From positions 43,382 to 107,381 of the IMG/VR virus record IMGVR_UViG_3300030012_002034: DNA of 64,000 nucleotides. One strand, 5' to 3'. The notes beneath the pieces are model-generated. The model was not told the DNA's origin. It saw only the letters and a program-made list of their open reading frames with translations, and did no database searches. Positions within the stretch are counted from its first letter, which is position 1. Each line of letters opens with the position of its first letter. Positions 1 to 8,795 of the stretch are shown here, one piece after another. This DNA is from a virus. A program made the position numbers and the translations under genes.

Positions 1-2
1 AC

Positions 3-890
3 TGTTAAGTCAATAGTATTAGTATCTGTTACTTTAACTTCATATGTAGCTAGAAAATTATAAGTATCACATAAAGCAATCCATATATTATTTATAGCAG
101 ATGCCATTGTAGTATTACTTACATCAGTAATCCAGCTTCCTGCATATTTTGTAATCATATTCTGACCTGATGCAGAAAATAAAGCTAAGTCAGCATCTAA
201 TATACATTTTCTAGATATTGCATCTGTAATTGTAGTATTACCACCTGTTAATGCTCTAAAAGAACAGTAACCATAAGTTGAATCATTAACTAAAGCAGTA
301 AGAATATCAGTTAAGGTGTGAGATGTTCCTGATGTAACAGTACTACTTAAATCGCAAGCTACTGTAAAACTAGGCATAGTAAAACTAGGAGCTGGAGCAT
401 TTTCTAATGCATCAACTCTAATATCTAAACTGTTAATTTGATTTTGAAGTAAGCTTATATCTGTTATTAATGAACATACTTTTCTAGCAATTAAAGTTAC
501 ATAATCAGTTAAGTTCATTGTGGTTTCTTCTCCTGTAATTAAACAAGATTCAATTGTCATAATACAACTATTAGGACAATCACCTGATGAGCTTGATGTA
601 GAATCTGTTGTACTTACACTTTCTAAAGCACAAATTCTTTTTATTAATAATTGAATTAATTCCTCAAACTTTGCTGGAGGACATGTAGCTAAACTAAAAC
701 AAGAAAGATCATAACTACTTACTTTTAAAGAAGTCATGATTGTACAAAGCTCAGTAGCTAATTTACTAACAGTATCAGATATAGTATCTCCTGTACATAG
801 ATTTATACATGATATATCAGGCCCAGCCCAAATAACACAGTTGGAGGACTGAGGTGCACAAGGAGAGTTATCAGCATTAATAGGTTTCAT
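3..890 (-). CDS. Cys-rich virion/structural protein (partial, runs off window start)
   Basis: ATG at 890 (MKPINADNSPCAPQSSNCVIWAGPDISCINLC...); same frame reads open at the window edge; absent from the ORF track, consistent with no stop in the window; late-gene context. Confidence 0.7.
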   Translation of the reverse strand, partial: MKPINADNSPCAPQSSNCVIWAGPDISCINLCTGDTISDTVSKLATELCTIMTSLKVSSYDLSCFSLATCPPAKFEELIQLLIKRICALESVSTTDSTSSSSGDCPNSCIMTIESCLITGEETTMNLTDYVTLIARKVCSLITDISLLQNQINSLDIRVDALENAPAPSFTMPSFTVACDLSSTVTSGTSHTLTDILTALVNDSTYGYCSFRALTGGNTTITDAISRKCILDADLALFSASGQNMITKYAGSWITDVSNTTMASAINNIWIALCDTYNFLATYEVKVTDTNTIDLT

Positions 891-921
891 AGTCTTTATA
901 TTTATAATATAGTTATAATTC

Positions 922-2763
922 TCAAGAACTGCAAGTCTTAGGGGTAGAACAATTACACGTTGAACAAGTACTCTGATTACAGCCGCAACTACTAGGTACT
1001 GTAGAACATGTATAATTAGGATCTATTAATGCTTGAAGTTCAATTAATTCTTTTTTAATAGTCCATTTATCAATTTCTTCCGGACAACAACTAGATATAC
1101 CATATCTTTTTTGTACTACAGACTTATAAAGTTGTTCTCCAAAGTTACATGATATCTTTTCATATTTTTCTATTGAACATGCTGGTGTATTATATCCTGG
1201 TTTAATTTTCTTAACAGGGTATACTTGAGCAGGACATGTCCAAGGAGAATCTGCATTTGCTTGAGTACAATTTCCATGAAATAAAGGTAAAGTACCAGTA
1301 TTCCATCTGATTACACAATACCTTTTACTTCTAGATTTAGCAGCAACAGATTCAGTAGTTTGTAAAATTCCATTACAATCTATATAAGTAAATGTAGCTG
1401 CTTCTGTTCCTTCATTATATATGGTTGAACATCTACATGCAAAATCTTTTAAACACGTTGCACAATCAGAATATTGTGAATGAAAAGTAACTCCTACAGG
1501 ATTTACAGGAACACCTGTAAAGGTAGAAACTGTAAAGCATTTTTCACAATTTTGAAGTTGAATTACCCTACCAACATAAGCTGATAAATCTGTGCTTGTA
1601 TATGTAATAGGATCAGCACCATCACATGATGTTAGTTTATAGTATGTTGTTTTACACTCTTGACATGTGTCAAAACCACCAGCTTGGATAACTACTGTTG
1701 TATCACTAGGAGGTGCTACATTTATTTCTTCAACCGTGTAGCATCCGCAAGGATCAGCTAACTCTACTACTTTATTTTTATACTCTGATAAATCCTGAGT
1801 AGTATATACTATTTCTTCTTCATTATCACAAGAAGTTAGTCTGTAAGCTATTGTAGGTTTGCAAGCCTCACAACTAACATAATCAAATCTAACTATAACA
1901 TCAATTGGACACTCACAATCACCAGACTGAATAGCTACAGTATAACATCCAGAATGACCTTCTATAGTAACTACATTACCTAAGTAAGCAAATAAATTCT
2001 GTGATTTACTATTTATTACAACACCTGTTGTACATTCTGTAAGTTTATAACAAATCTCAGGACACTTACCGTCTATACAAGCCGTACTTGTAGTAATAGT
2101 CCCAGAACCATCTGAATCAAAAACTGGTTTAGTTAAAGCACAAACTTGAACTGGAGCTAATACTCCTGAACGTGCTATATTATCACAACCAACATAACTA
2201 ATAGTTCCTGTTCCTGTAACTGTATAACATTTGCATGTACAAGCACTACAAGCAGAAGCATAAGTTACAGTAGTAGTTACTCCTGAGCATTCATTTGGTG
2301 ATTCTTGTACAAACCAACAATCTGAATTATCATTGATTGTTATAAATGTATTTACATAAGCTGAAAGATCAGTAATTGTAAGAAAGGAATTACCATCACA
2401 GTTTGTTAATCTAAAACAAGGAGTTACACAAGTAGGACATATTGAATAATCAGCATCTAGAGGTTGTTTATCTTCACATGTCATCTTACCAGTATAGCCA
2501 AAACTAGTATCTTGTAAGGCATCAAATGCTAAAACTGTTGCAACATCAGCTTGTTTTGCCTCAACATAATAACACTTGTTATTTTCAAGTGGTTTAGTTG
2601 ATCCATCAGTAGCTGTATAATTAGTAGTAGAACCTTGATATAAATATACAGAATCTGGACCCCAAAAAGGATTCCAACTAGATTTATCTAGTCTTACATT
2701 AAATTGAATTGATGGATCACAACAATCTGTTAATGTATAATATCTTATGGAGTTTGTTGACAT
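922..2763 (-). CDS. Cys-rich tandem-repeat virion protein
   Basis: 613 aa; at least 4 repeats of (Y/F)xLTxC...L..Y...C(Y/F/W)xV...CxxC; late block. Confidence 0.7.
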   Translation of the reverse strand: MSTNSIRYYTLTDCCDPSIQFNVRLDKSSWNPFWGPDSVYLYQGSTTNYTATDGSTKPLENNKCYYVEAKQADVATVLAFDALQDTSFGYTGKMTCEDKQPLDADYSICPTCVTPCFRLTNCDGNSFLTITDLSAYVNTFITINDNSDCWFVQESPNECSGVTTTVTYASACSACTCKCYTVTGTGTISYVGCDNIARSGVLAPVQVCALTKPVFDSDGSGTITTSTACIDGKCPEICYKLTECTTGVVINSKSQNLFAYLGNVVTIEGHSGCYTVAIQSGDCECPIDVIVRFDYVSCEACKPTIAYRLTSCDNEEEIVYTTQDLSEYKNKVVELADPCGCYTVEEINVAPPSDTTVVIQAGGFDTCQECKTTYYKLTSCDGADPITYTSTDLSAYVGRVIQLQNCEKCFTVSTFTGVPVNPVGVTFHSQYSDCATCLKDFACRCSTIYNEGTEAATFTYIDCNGILQTTESVAAKSRSKRYCVIRWNTGTLPLFHGNCTQANADSPWTCPAQVYPVKKIKPGYNTPACSIEKYEKISCNFGEQLYKSVVQKRYGISSCCPEEIDKWTIKKELIELQALIDPNYTCSTVPSSCGCNQSTCSTCNCSTPKTCSS

Positions 2764-2769
2764 TTTATA

Positions 2770-2928
2770 TTAAGTTGTTTCCTCTCTTCTTTTAATTGCT
2801 TTTAATTTTAAGTCTTCTTCATATTTAGATGCGCACATATTACATACTTTTGTGCCATCTGAAGCAGTTCTTAATTGACAACTACAATTCATTGTAGCTC
2901 CGCAGTTTGGACATCTTGACGTTCCCAT
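2770..2928 (-). CDS. small Cys-rich (Zn-finger-like) protein, 52 aa
   Basis: Hand translation MGTSRCPNCGATMNCSCQLRTASDGTKVCNMCASKYEE...; fills the intergenic gap. Confidence 0.7.
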   Translation of the reverse strand: MGTSRCPNCGATMNCSCQLRTASDGTKVCNMCASKYEEDLKLKAIKRREETT

Positions 2929-2948
2929 AGTTTGTTGGTTTTATTTAT

Positions 2949-3491
2949 TTAACAATTAGTACAATTCATCTTTCCTAATAACTTACACGCATAATTATAT
3001 AATGTCATTCCTTTTTGAGGTTCATGACAATATTCTACTTTAGCTTTTGCTGCTTCAAGATACATTTTAATTAAACGTAATTGCTCCAGTTTTTTCTTTA
3101 TATCAGCTGGAGGGTCACAAGCAGATACATCAATATCACACAATATTTTATTATATTTTATTAATGCATCAGTAATTCTTAAATGATTATAAGTAACAAA
3201 TACTACATCATTTGGTGATACACTATATTTTATAATGTATACTCCATCGGGAAGATTAGCATATTTTTCACCGCAATCTTCTGTCTGTAGGTTTAAATCA
3301 CAGGCAGTTATAGTTTTAGTAAAATTTTCTGTAACATTTAACTGTATAGAAAATCCATATCCAGGAACAGTAATATTTAAATGTGTACAGTTTACATCAA
3401 TTAAACTTGAATAAACACTTGTATCTACAACTCTCATTATACATGAGTTCATAACTGTAGGCACTTCTAAACTTAATACGTGATTTGCCAT
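2949..3491 (-). CDS. hypothetical virion protein
   Basis: 180 aa ORF in late operon, LPDGVY motif, Cys-rich. Confidence 0.6.
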   Translation of the reverse strand: MANHVLSLEVPTVMNSCIMRVVDTSVYSSLIDVNCTHLNITVPGYGFSIQLNVTENFTKTITACDLNLQTEDCGEKYANLPDGVYIIKYSVSPNDVVFVTYNHLRITDALIKYNKILCDIDVSACDPPADIKKKLEQLRLIKMYLEAAKAKVEYCHEPQKGMTLYNYACKLLGKMNCTNC

Positions 3492-3502
3492 AATATATAT
3501 TT

Positions 3503-3859
3503 TTAAAGTTCAAATATACCTACTTCTAAAACAGGTGTACCTGACGCAGCATCAGCTTGAAGATCTACTAATGTTGCCCAAGGGAAGAATGCAAATTCTC
3601 CAGGACCTAATGTCATATAATGATCTCCACCCTCTGATTTTACTAAATTGATATCAATAGTAGAATCTATATTTTTTACATATACAAAAGCTTTTGTATA
3701 AGAAGCTGCAGCTACAATATTAGAAGCTGTAGTGCTTATTGTAATTCTTTTTAGCTCTACATTTTTCTCAACATTAATAAGATCAGTTATAGTCATGTTA
3801 ATTACATCAGAAGTAAGATCACTACTGGTTAAAACTAATTTTGCATTTAATGTTCCCAT
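3503..3859 (-). CDS. hypothetical structural protein (beta-rich)
   Basis: 118 aa ORF in late operon. Confidence 0.55.
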   Translation of the reverse strand: MGTLNAKLVLTSSDLTSDVINMTITDLINVEKNVELKRITISTTASNIVAAASYTKAFVYVKNIDSTIDINLVKSEGGDHYMTLGPGEFAFFPWATLVDLQADAASGTPVLEVGIFEL

Positions 3860-3870
3860 ATTTTATTTTT

Positions 3871-3911
3871 AAAAAAAAAGGAGAGGAAAGATAACTCTAA
3901 CCTCTCCCTTT
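3871..3911 (-). terminator. intrinsic terminator
   Basis: GGAGAGG/CCTCTCC stem followed by a T-run on the minus strand, just after 3939..5519. Confidence 0.75.
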
Positions 3912-3938
3912 AGGTTTATTATTGAATTCAACTAGTGA

Positions 3939-5519
3939 TTACACACAAGGTGGGAATTTTGTTAAAGGTGTACATGCAGCTGTATCACATGTAATTGTTT
4001 CCATTTGAACATCACAGTTTCCACAACCTCCTAACCAAGTATTCATAAAGGTTTGGAAGTCAGTGTGGTTTTCATCACATATAATTTCAACTAAATATTG
4101 ATCATTATCAAATACTCCAGTTGGGTTATTATAACGTGGAACAGTATGTAAAATTTGGTAACGTACCCATGTATTTTTACTTCTAATTGATGCTCCTGTA
4201 TCATCAGTAAGAATATCATTTCCTTGAGTTATCTCACGGATTCTGATATCAGTTGCAAAGTGATTTTGACCATAAGATTCTGATAAAATCAAGTCTCTAA
4301 CCACTGTTTCACCTAGACCCATTGGAGAAACTGGTGCACATACTTCACTAACACAAATACCAGTGAACTCACATGGATTACCTGTGTAATCTACTTCAGA
4401 AACAAAAATCTTAATAGGCTGATAATCATATCCATCTAAGTATTGGAATGAACAATCTCCAAATTTAGTACTTACGTAGCATCCTTCAATTGTTAATCCT
4501 GCACACTCACCTGTAGTGTGACCAGTAGAAACATAATCTTTCCAGTTACCACCAATTGTAAATCCAGTTGGAGCTACTAAACCTGATGTGTCAACATCAT
4601 CAGCATACCATAATTTATTATCCTCTCCAGTAACAACTATTTGAATAAAGTCTTTCATAATAGGACTTGTAGTAAGTTGTTTAGCCCACTCAATAAATAC
4701 AAGTGTACTATCTACTGGCGTAGGATTTGTAGGATCTGGACAACAATCAGTAGACATTTCAACTGTTAAATATGCATTATGTGCAAGAAGATCTAATGCA
4801 GGCTCTCCTTTTAGATCTACTCTTAAAGAGTAAGTTTCATCACAAAGGAATTCTTGACAACAATCTTTAGATCCTTGTGTCATTGCAGCTGTATAAGTAC
4901 CATCTATTGAACCAGAAGAAGGTGTTCCTGCACCTAAGTCAGCTGCAGCAATAGACCAAGTAAGTGTAGTAGCAGGTAAACCATATCCTTGACCAGCAGC
5001 AGTAATAGTAACACTAGCAACAACACCACCAGCAACTACAACAGTAGCTAAAGCACTATTAGCTCCTGTAGAACCTGTAACTTTAACATTAGTATATGTA
5101 TTATTTGTTAAGCCGCCACCACCATTATCAACAATTGTTAATGCTTGAGTAACTAGTAAACCAACTGTGTCAGGAGTATACCCAACAGCAACAACATGAT
5201 TTTGTGCAGCACAGTCATCTATTCTGTAGAATTTGTGCACATATCTAGGGTTAATAAGTTTAGACTTATTAGTTTCTTTATATCCACCGTGGTGAGGTCC
5301 TACTTTATCTTTATCATAAAGTGATCCTGAAACTAATGTTAAGGGACAACAATCAGTTGGTGCTGACCCTATGTCAACAAGATTCCAATTCTTGTCAACA
5401 AAACCAAATTCACCTTTATCTAAGGTGTTTCCAGTTGTGCCTAAAAGGCCTTTTGCTTTTTCTACAAAGTCCTTGCTACCTAGCATGGTCTTCTTAAAAG
5501 CGTGATTAAAATAACTCAT
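3939..5519 (-). CDS. probable auxiliary capsid/structural protein of the crAss-like head module
   Basis: 526 aa; lies downstream of MCP and ring gene as in crAss-like phages; own terminator; internal Gly/Thr-rich beta insert. Confidence 0.5.
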   Translation of the reverse strand: MSYFNHAFKKTMLGSKDFVEKAKGLLGTTGNTLDKGEFGFVDKNWNLVDIGSAPTDCCPLTLVSGSLYDKDKVGPHHGGYKETNKSKLINPRYVHKFYRIDDCAAQNHVVAVGYTPDTVGLLVTQALTIVDNGGGGLTNNTYTNVKVTGSTGANSALATVVVAGGVVASVTITAAGQGYGLPATTLTWSIAAADLGAGTPSSGSIDGTYTAAMTQGSKDCCQEFLCDETYSLRVDLKGEPALDLLAHNAYLTVEMSTDCCPDPTNPTPVDSTLVFIEWAKQLTTSPIMKDFIQIVVTGEDNKLWYADDVDTSGLVAPTGFTIGGNWKDYVSTGHTTGECAGLTIEGCYVSTKFGDCSFQYLDGYDYQPIKIFVSEVDYTGNPCEFTGICVSEVCAPVSPMGLGETVVRDLILSESYGQNHFATDIRIREITQGNDILTDDTGASIRSKNTWVRYQILHTVPRYNNPTGVFDNDQYLVEIICDENHTDFQTFMNTWLGGCGNCDVQMETITCDTAACTPLTKFPPCV

Positions 5520-5616
5520 TTTTTAAATTGCCTCCTATTTTATTCAGAGGACTTTTTTTGTTTATAAATAAATAGATACTATAATATAATAAAATTTAGT
5601 ATAATATCAAAATAGT

Positions 5617-6315
5617 TTAATTATTTCTTTCAGCTGTATCTGTACCTCTTGAGAACTGACTCATAGATTCAATATCTCCAGCTAATACACTAACTGTTTC
5701 ATCAATAATTAATTCAACTATATCATCTTTAAATTCAGATATAACATCTGTAGTAGATTGTACCTGAGTATAAGGATTAGAGCATCCTTTAATTTGAATT
5801 TTACGTGGTTGTCTATAATAGACAAACTCACTTTTATCAATTTCAAAATCTTGATTAGTAAAAATATTTAGTTTATTTCCTTGTAGAGTAGCAAATGTTT
5901 CTGACCATTCAAAGCTTGGTTGTTTTGATTTATCTCTTAAAAGTAAATTAAGGTTAGCTTCTTCAACTAAGTATACTACCATTCTTCTATTCTCACAACA
6001 ATCCTTTTTTGCAAAAGCATCTACTCTTTTCCATTGTAAATAATCTATAGGAACAGCGGCAGAAAAATGATCAACTTTATCAGTTAATATTAAATTATCA
6101 GTTACCAATAAAGCTTGAAGATCATCTATTCTTCTAGTAGATTGTTCATCACCTTCTTTCATTAAGTTCATACCATGAAGTTGCCTACGGGCCCATTCTA
6201 CTTGTGCTTTATTAAAAGCCTCAACAATCATCCAGCATTCTATGTTATCATAGTCATTACTGTCTAATTTATTTAGACGCTGTTTTACTTTAATTGTTAT
6301 AGTACTATTTAACAT
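5617..6315 (-). CDS. head-tail ring/adaptor-like structural protein
   Basis: 232 aa; FNKAQ..W, DDLQ.L and YYRQP..I motifs resemble crAss-like ring proteins; synteny. Confidence 0.55.
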   Translation of the reverse strand: MLNSTITIKVKQRLNKLDSNDYDNIECWMIVEAFNKAQVEWARRQLHGMNLMKEGDEQSTRRIDDLQALLVTDNLILTDKVDHFSAAVPIDYLQWKRVDAFAKKDCCENRRMVVYLVEEANLNLLLRDKSKQPSFEWSETFATLQGNKLNIFTNQDFEIDKSEFVYYRQPRKIQIKGCSNPYTQVQSTTDVISEFKDDIVELIIDETVSVLAGDIESMSQFSRGTDTAERNN

Positions 6316-6524
6316 TACTTCTTTTTCTTTCTTAATTTACCTAATGTAATTGCAAATCTAGCACGTTGAGCAGTTTTACCTTTACCTTTAGCTTTTTCTC
6401 TAAGCCAAGACTTTTTTATTTTCTTATTCTTTTTATCATATCCTCCTTCTCTTTTAGCTGTCGCAGTAAGAGAACCTGGTTTCTTAATTGCTTTTTTAAT
6501 ATTTAACTTTTTCTTTTGTGCCAT
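6315..6524 (-). CDS. small highly basic protein (69 aa)
   Basis: MAQKKKLNIKKAIKKPGSL...RARFAITLGKLRKKKK; start at 6524 preferred over the ORF-track start. Confidence 0.75.
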   Translation of the reverse strand: MAQKKKLNIKKAIKKPGSLTATAKREGGYDKKNKKIKKSWLREKAKGKGKTAQRARFAITLGKLRKKKK

Positions 6525-6529
6525 TTTTA

Positions 6530-6814
6530 TTAGCATTTCCACCTTCTTCTAGCCTGTCTTATTCTAGAATTAGGATTATTTCTTGTTTTAGCACTACTCC
6601 TTTTTAGCTGCCCTAAGCTTCTAGCACAATATGATTTACGTCTTTTAGCAGCTTTACTACCTTTCTTGACTTTACCCGTTACAGCTGTTTTTAACTTAGA
6701 TCCGGGATTAGCACGTCTATATGCTCTAACTCCCTTTTTAGTCATTCCTGCACCAGATTTAGTCTTACGGTAGTTACCACCTTTACCAATTGTTCTTCTT
6801 ATTGCTTTAGCCAT
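6530..6814 (-). CDS. small highly basic protein (94 aa, no Asp/Glu)
   Basis: About one third Lys+Arg; RRKSYCARS and RQARRRWKC motifs; resembles DUF6321-type phage proteins (from memory). Confidence 0.8.
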   Translation of the reverse strand: MAKAIRRTIGKGGNYRKTKSGAGMTKKGVRAYRRANPGSKLKTAVTGKVKKGSKAAKRRKSYCARSLGQLKRSSAKTRNNPNSRIRQARRRWKC

Positions 6815-7113
6815 TATTTCTTCTTTTTAGCATTATGTGCTTTTCTAATAGACTCTTTTCCTCTTTTAAATATAGCAGCTTGTTTAGGCTTTCCTCCATA
6901 TTTAGATCTTTGTTCACCTACAGTTAGTATTTGAATTTTTCTAGCATAAGGTTTTCTAATTCTTTTTACTTTAGCTACTGTAGCTCTTGCATCTGCTTCA
7001 GTTGCATATTTTATTTTAACAGTATCTTTAGGATTTTCATCTGTATAAAGTCTCCTACTGCTACCTTTAGGTTTCTTACCTGTGCCAACTTTAGGATCTT
7101 TTTTCTTAGCCAT
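6814..7113 (-). CDS. small highly basic protein (99 aa)
   Basis: KDPKVGTGKKPKGSSRRLYTDENPKDTV; TAATG stop/start coupling. Confidence 0.8.
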   Translation of the reverse strand: MAKKKDPKVGTGKKPKGSSRRLYTDENPKDTVKIKYATEADARATVAKVKRIRKPYARKIQILTVGEQRSKYGGKPKQAAIFKRGKESIRKAHNAKKKK

Positions 7114-7241
7114 TACTTCTTTTTCTTAGATGGCTTAGACATACTTTTAAGCATAGCATCAATTCTTGCTGCTTGACCTTTATGCATAGCAGATGCTTTC
7201 TTTAACTCTGCAGAAATCTTTTTTAGTTTTTTAGTATCCAT
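7113..7241 (-). CDS. small basic protein (42 aa)
   Basis: Hand translation MDTKKLKKISAELKKASAMHKGQAARIDAMLKSMSKPSKKKK; TAATG overlap with the next gene. Confidence 0.75.
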   Translation of the reverse strand: MDTKKLKKISAELKKASAMHKGQAARIDAMLKSMSKPSKKKK

Positions 7242-7243
7242 AA

Positions 7244-7486
7244 TTATCTTTTTTTCTTTTTGTGTAAACCATGTTTAGCATGTTGTTTACCTGCTCTAGT
7301 AGCAGCTCTTTTCTTTTTATTTGCGGCAGCTAATTTCTTTCTACCTTTTTTAGTACTTTTTAATTTTGCAATAGTTTTAGAAGGAGCATAGACTTCACCA
7401 GTTTCAGAAGACTTCTTACCAGAAGGAGTTCTCCATTTCTGTTTAGTCCATCTCTTTAAACTTTTTTGTTTCTTAGTTAGTCCCAT
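7244..7486 (-). CDS. small highly basic protein (80 aa)
   Basis: QKSLKRWTKQKWRT motif; resembles the C-terminal half of DUF5872-like proteins (from memory). Confidence 0.8.
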   Translation of the reverse strand: MGLTKKQKSLKRWTKQKWRTPSGKKSSETGEVYAPSKTIAKLKSTKKGRKKLAAANKKKRAATRAGKQHAKHGLHKKKKR

Positions 7487-7716
7487 TATCTATATCCTCC
7501 TCCTTTAGCTTTATATTGTTTAGCTAGCATCTGTGCTTTTCTAGCAGACCACTGACCAGGTCTCCCCCCTTTACTGCCCGCTTTAATACGTTCAAATAAT
7601 CTTTTACGCATACCAGGTTTAGTATAATTACCAGAAGAATTAACCGTACTCTTCTTTTTTTTAGAAGTGCTCTTTCTCTTAGAAGAAGACCTTTTCAATG
7701 TTTTTTTCAATGCCAT
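7486..7716 (-). CDS. small highly basic protein (76 aa)
   Basis: GSKGGRPGQWSARKAQML...GGGY motif; resembles the N-terminal half of DUF5872-like proteins (from memory). Confidence 0.8.
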   Translation of the reverse strand: MALKKTLKRSSSKRKSTSKKKKSTVNSSGNYTKPGMRKRLFERIKAGSKGGRPGQWSARKAQMLAKQYKAKGGGYR

Positions 7717-7718
7717 TT

Positions 7719-8726
7719 TTAACTATTCCAAAATTTTTCACATTTAGTATTTAAATCACTAAGAATATCCTCATGTAAAGGGTTCTTAAGATACTCAACA
7801 ACATCACTAACATTTCTGCCTAGTGCAGCATTTGTATCATTGTGATAAATATAACCATCACTCTTATTAACAATATACTTAAAAAAAACGGAATCTTTAA
7901 CAATTGCCTTAATTTTTAATGTTTCCATATTCATTTTGCATGCATCTAAGAATGAAGTTGCTGCTCTTTCTTTATTACTTTCAATACCTTGACCACTAAT
8001 ATAAATATCCATATTATCATAAATAACATCATTTGGAGTATCTTTCTTATATAGTGTACTATGAGTATCTACTACTTTAGCAATATAAAATAACTTACTA
8101 CTATTCTTATCAAATAATTTTTGTAGTTCAGAGTATGCTTTGTTTCTTAGTTTCTTATACTCTGTTCTTATCATTGCAGTATCTTCTTCTTTATCTAGAT
8201 AAAACTTAGGCGGTACTGCTTGTGATCTTGCATCATCATAACTTTTTGCAACTAAGGAAAATCCTCCTGCTTCTATTGCATGAAACTTAATTCTATCATA
8301 AGGGTCTTTTAAATCTAGGTATACGGGTTCATTACCGCATTTAATTTCAATCTTATTCCAGAATTCAGCGTTATTAGGTTTTAATAAAGTTACTTTATTC
8401 CAAAAGTCTTTATCTTCTATATCAATAACATTTGATGCTAATTCTTTTTCTAGCTCTGCTACTGTAGTTCTTATTTGTTTTATCTTAGCTTTCTTTGCAT
8501 CTCCTGTTAATAATTTAACTGCAGGTGCAAATTCATTTAATCCGGTAACATATCTTATAATACCGTTTTTTTCAATACATGCTAGTTGTTCCATATGTTT
8601 GACACCATCAAACATTGTTATTCCATAATCCTCTAATCCCATATTTGAGACAGTAGGGTCAAAGTAAGGTTTAATTCTTACTTGTGTTTTCTTATTTGTT
8701 TTTGTAATTACTTGTGTAAATGACAT
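7719..8726 (-). CDS. conserved crAss-like head-module protein downstream of MCP
   Basis: 335 aa; synteny with the crAss-like capsid block. Confidence 0.55.
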   Translation of the reverse strand: MSFTQVITKTNKKTQVRIKPYFDPTVSNMGLEDYGITMFDGVKHMEQLACIEKNGIIRYVTGLNEFAPAVKLLTGDAKKAKIKQIRTTVAELEKELASNVIDIEDKDFWNKVTLLKPNNAEFWNKIEIKCGNEPVYLDLKDPYDRIKFHAIEAGGFSLVAKSYDDARSQAVPPKFYLDKEEDTAMIRTEYKKLRNKAYSELQKLFDKNSSKLFYIAKVVDTHSTLYKKDTPNDVIYDNMDIYISGQGIESNKERAATSFLDACKMNMETLKIKAIVKDSVFFKYIVNKSDGYIYHNDTNAALGRNVSDVVEYLKNPLHEDILSDLNTKCEKFWNS

Positions 8727-8745
8727 AATGTTGGTTTAAAAAATT

Positions 8746-8786
8746 AAAAAAAAGAAAATGGGGAGCAATGTCTACTCCCCGTTTTC
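8746..8786 (-). terminator. intrinsic terminator after major capsid gene
   Basis: GAAAACGGGGAG...CTCCCCATTTTC stem then T-run on the minus strand. Confidence 0.8.
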
Positions 8787-8795
8787 ATATATATA

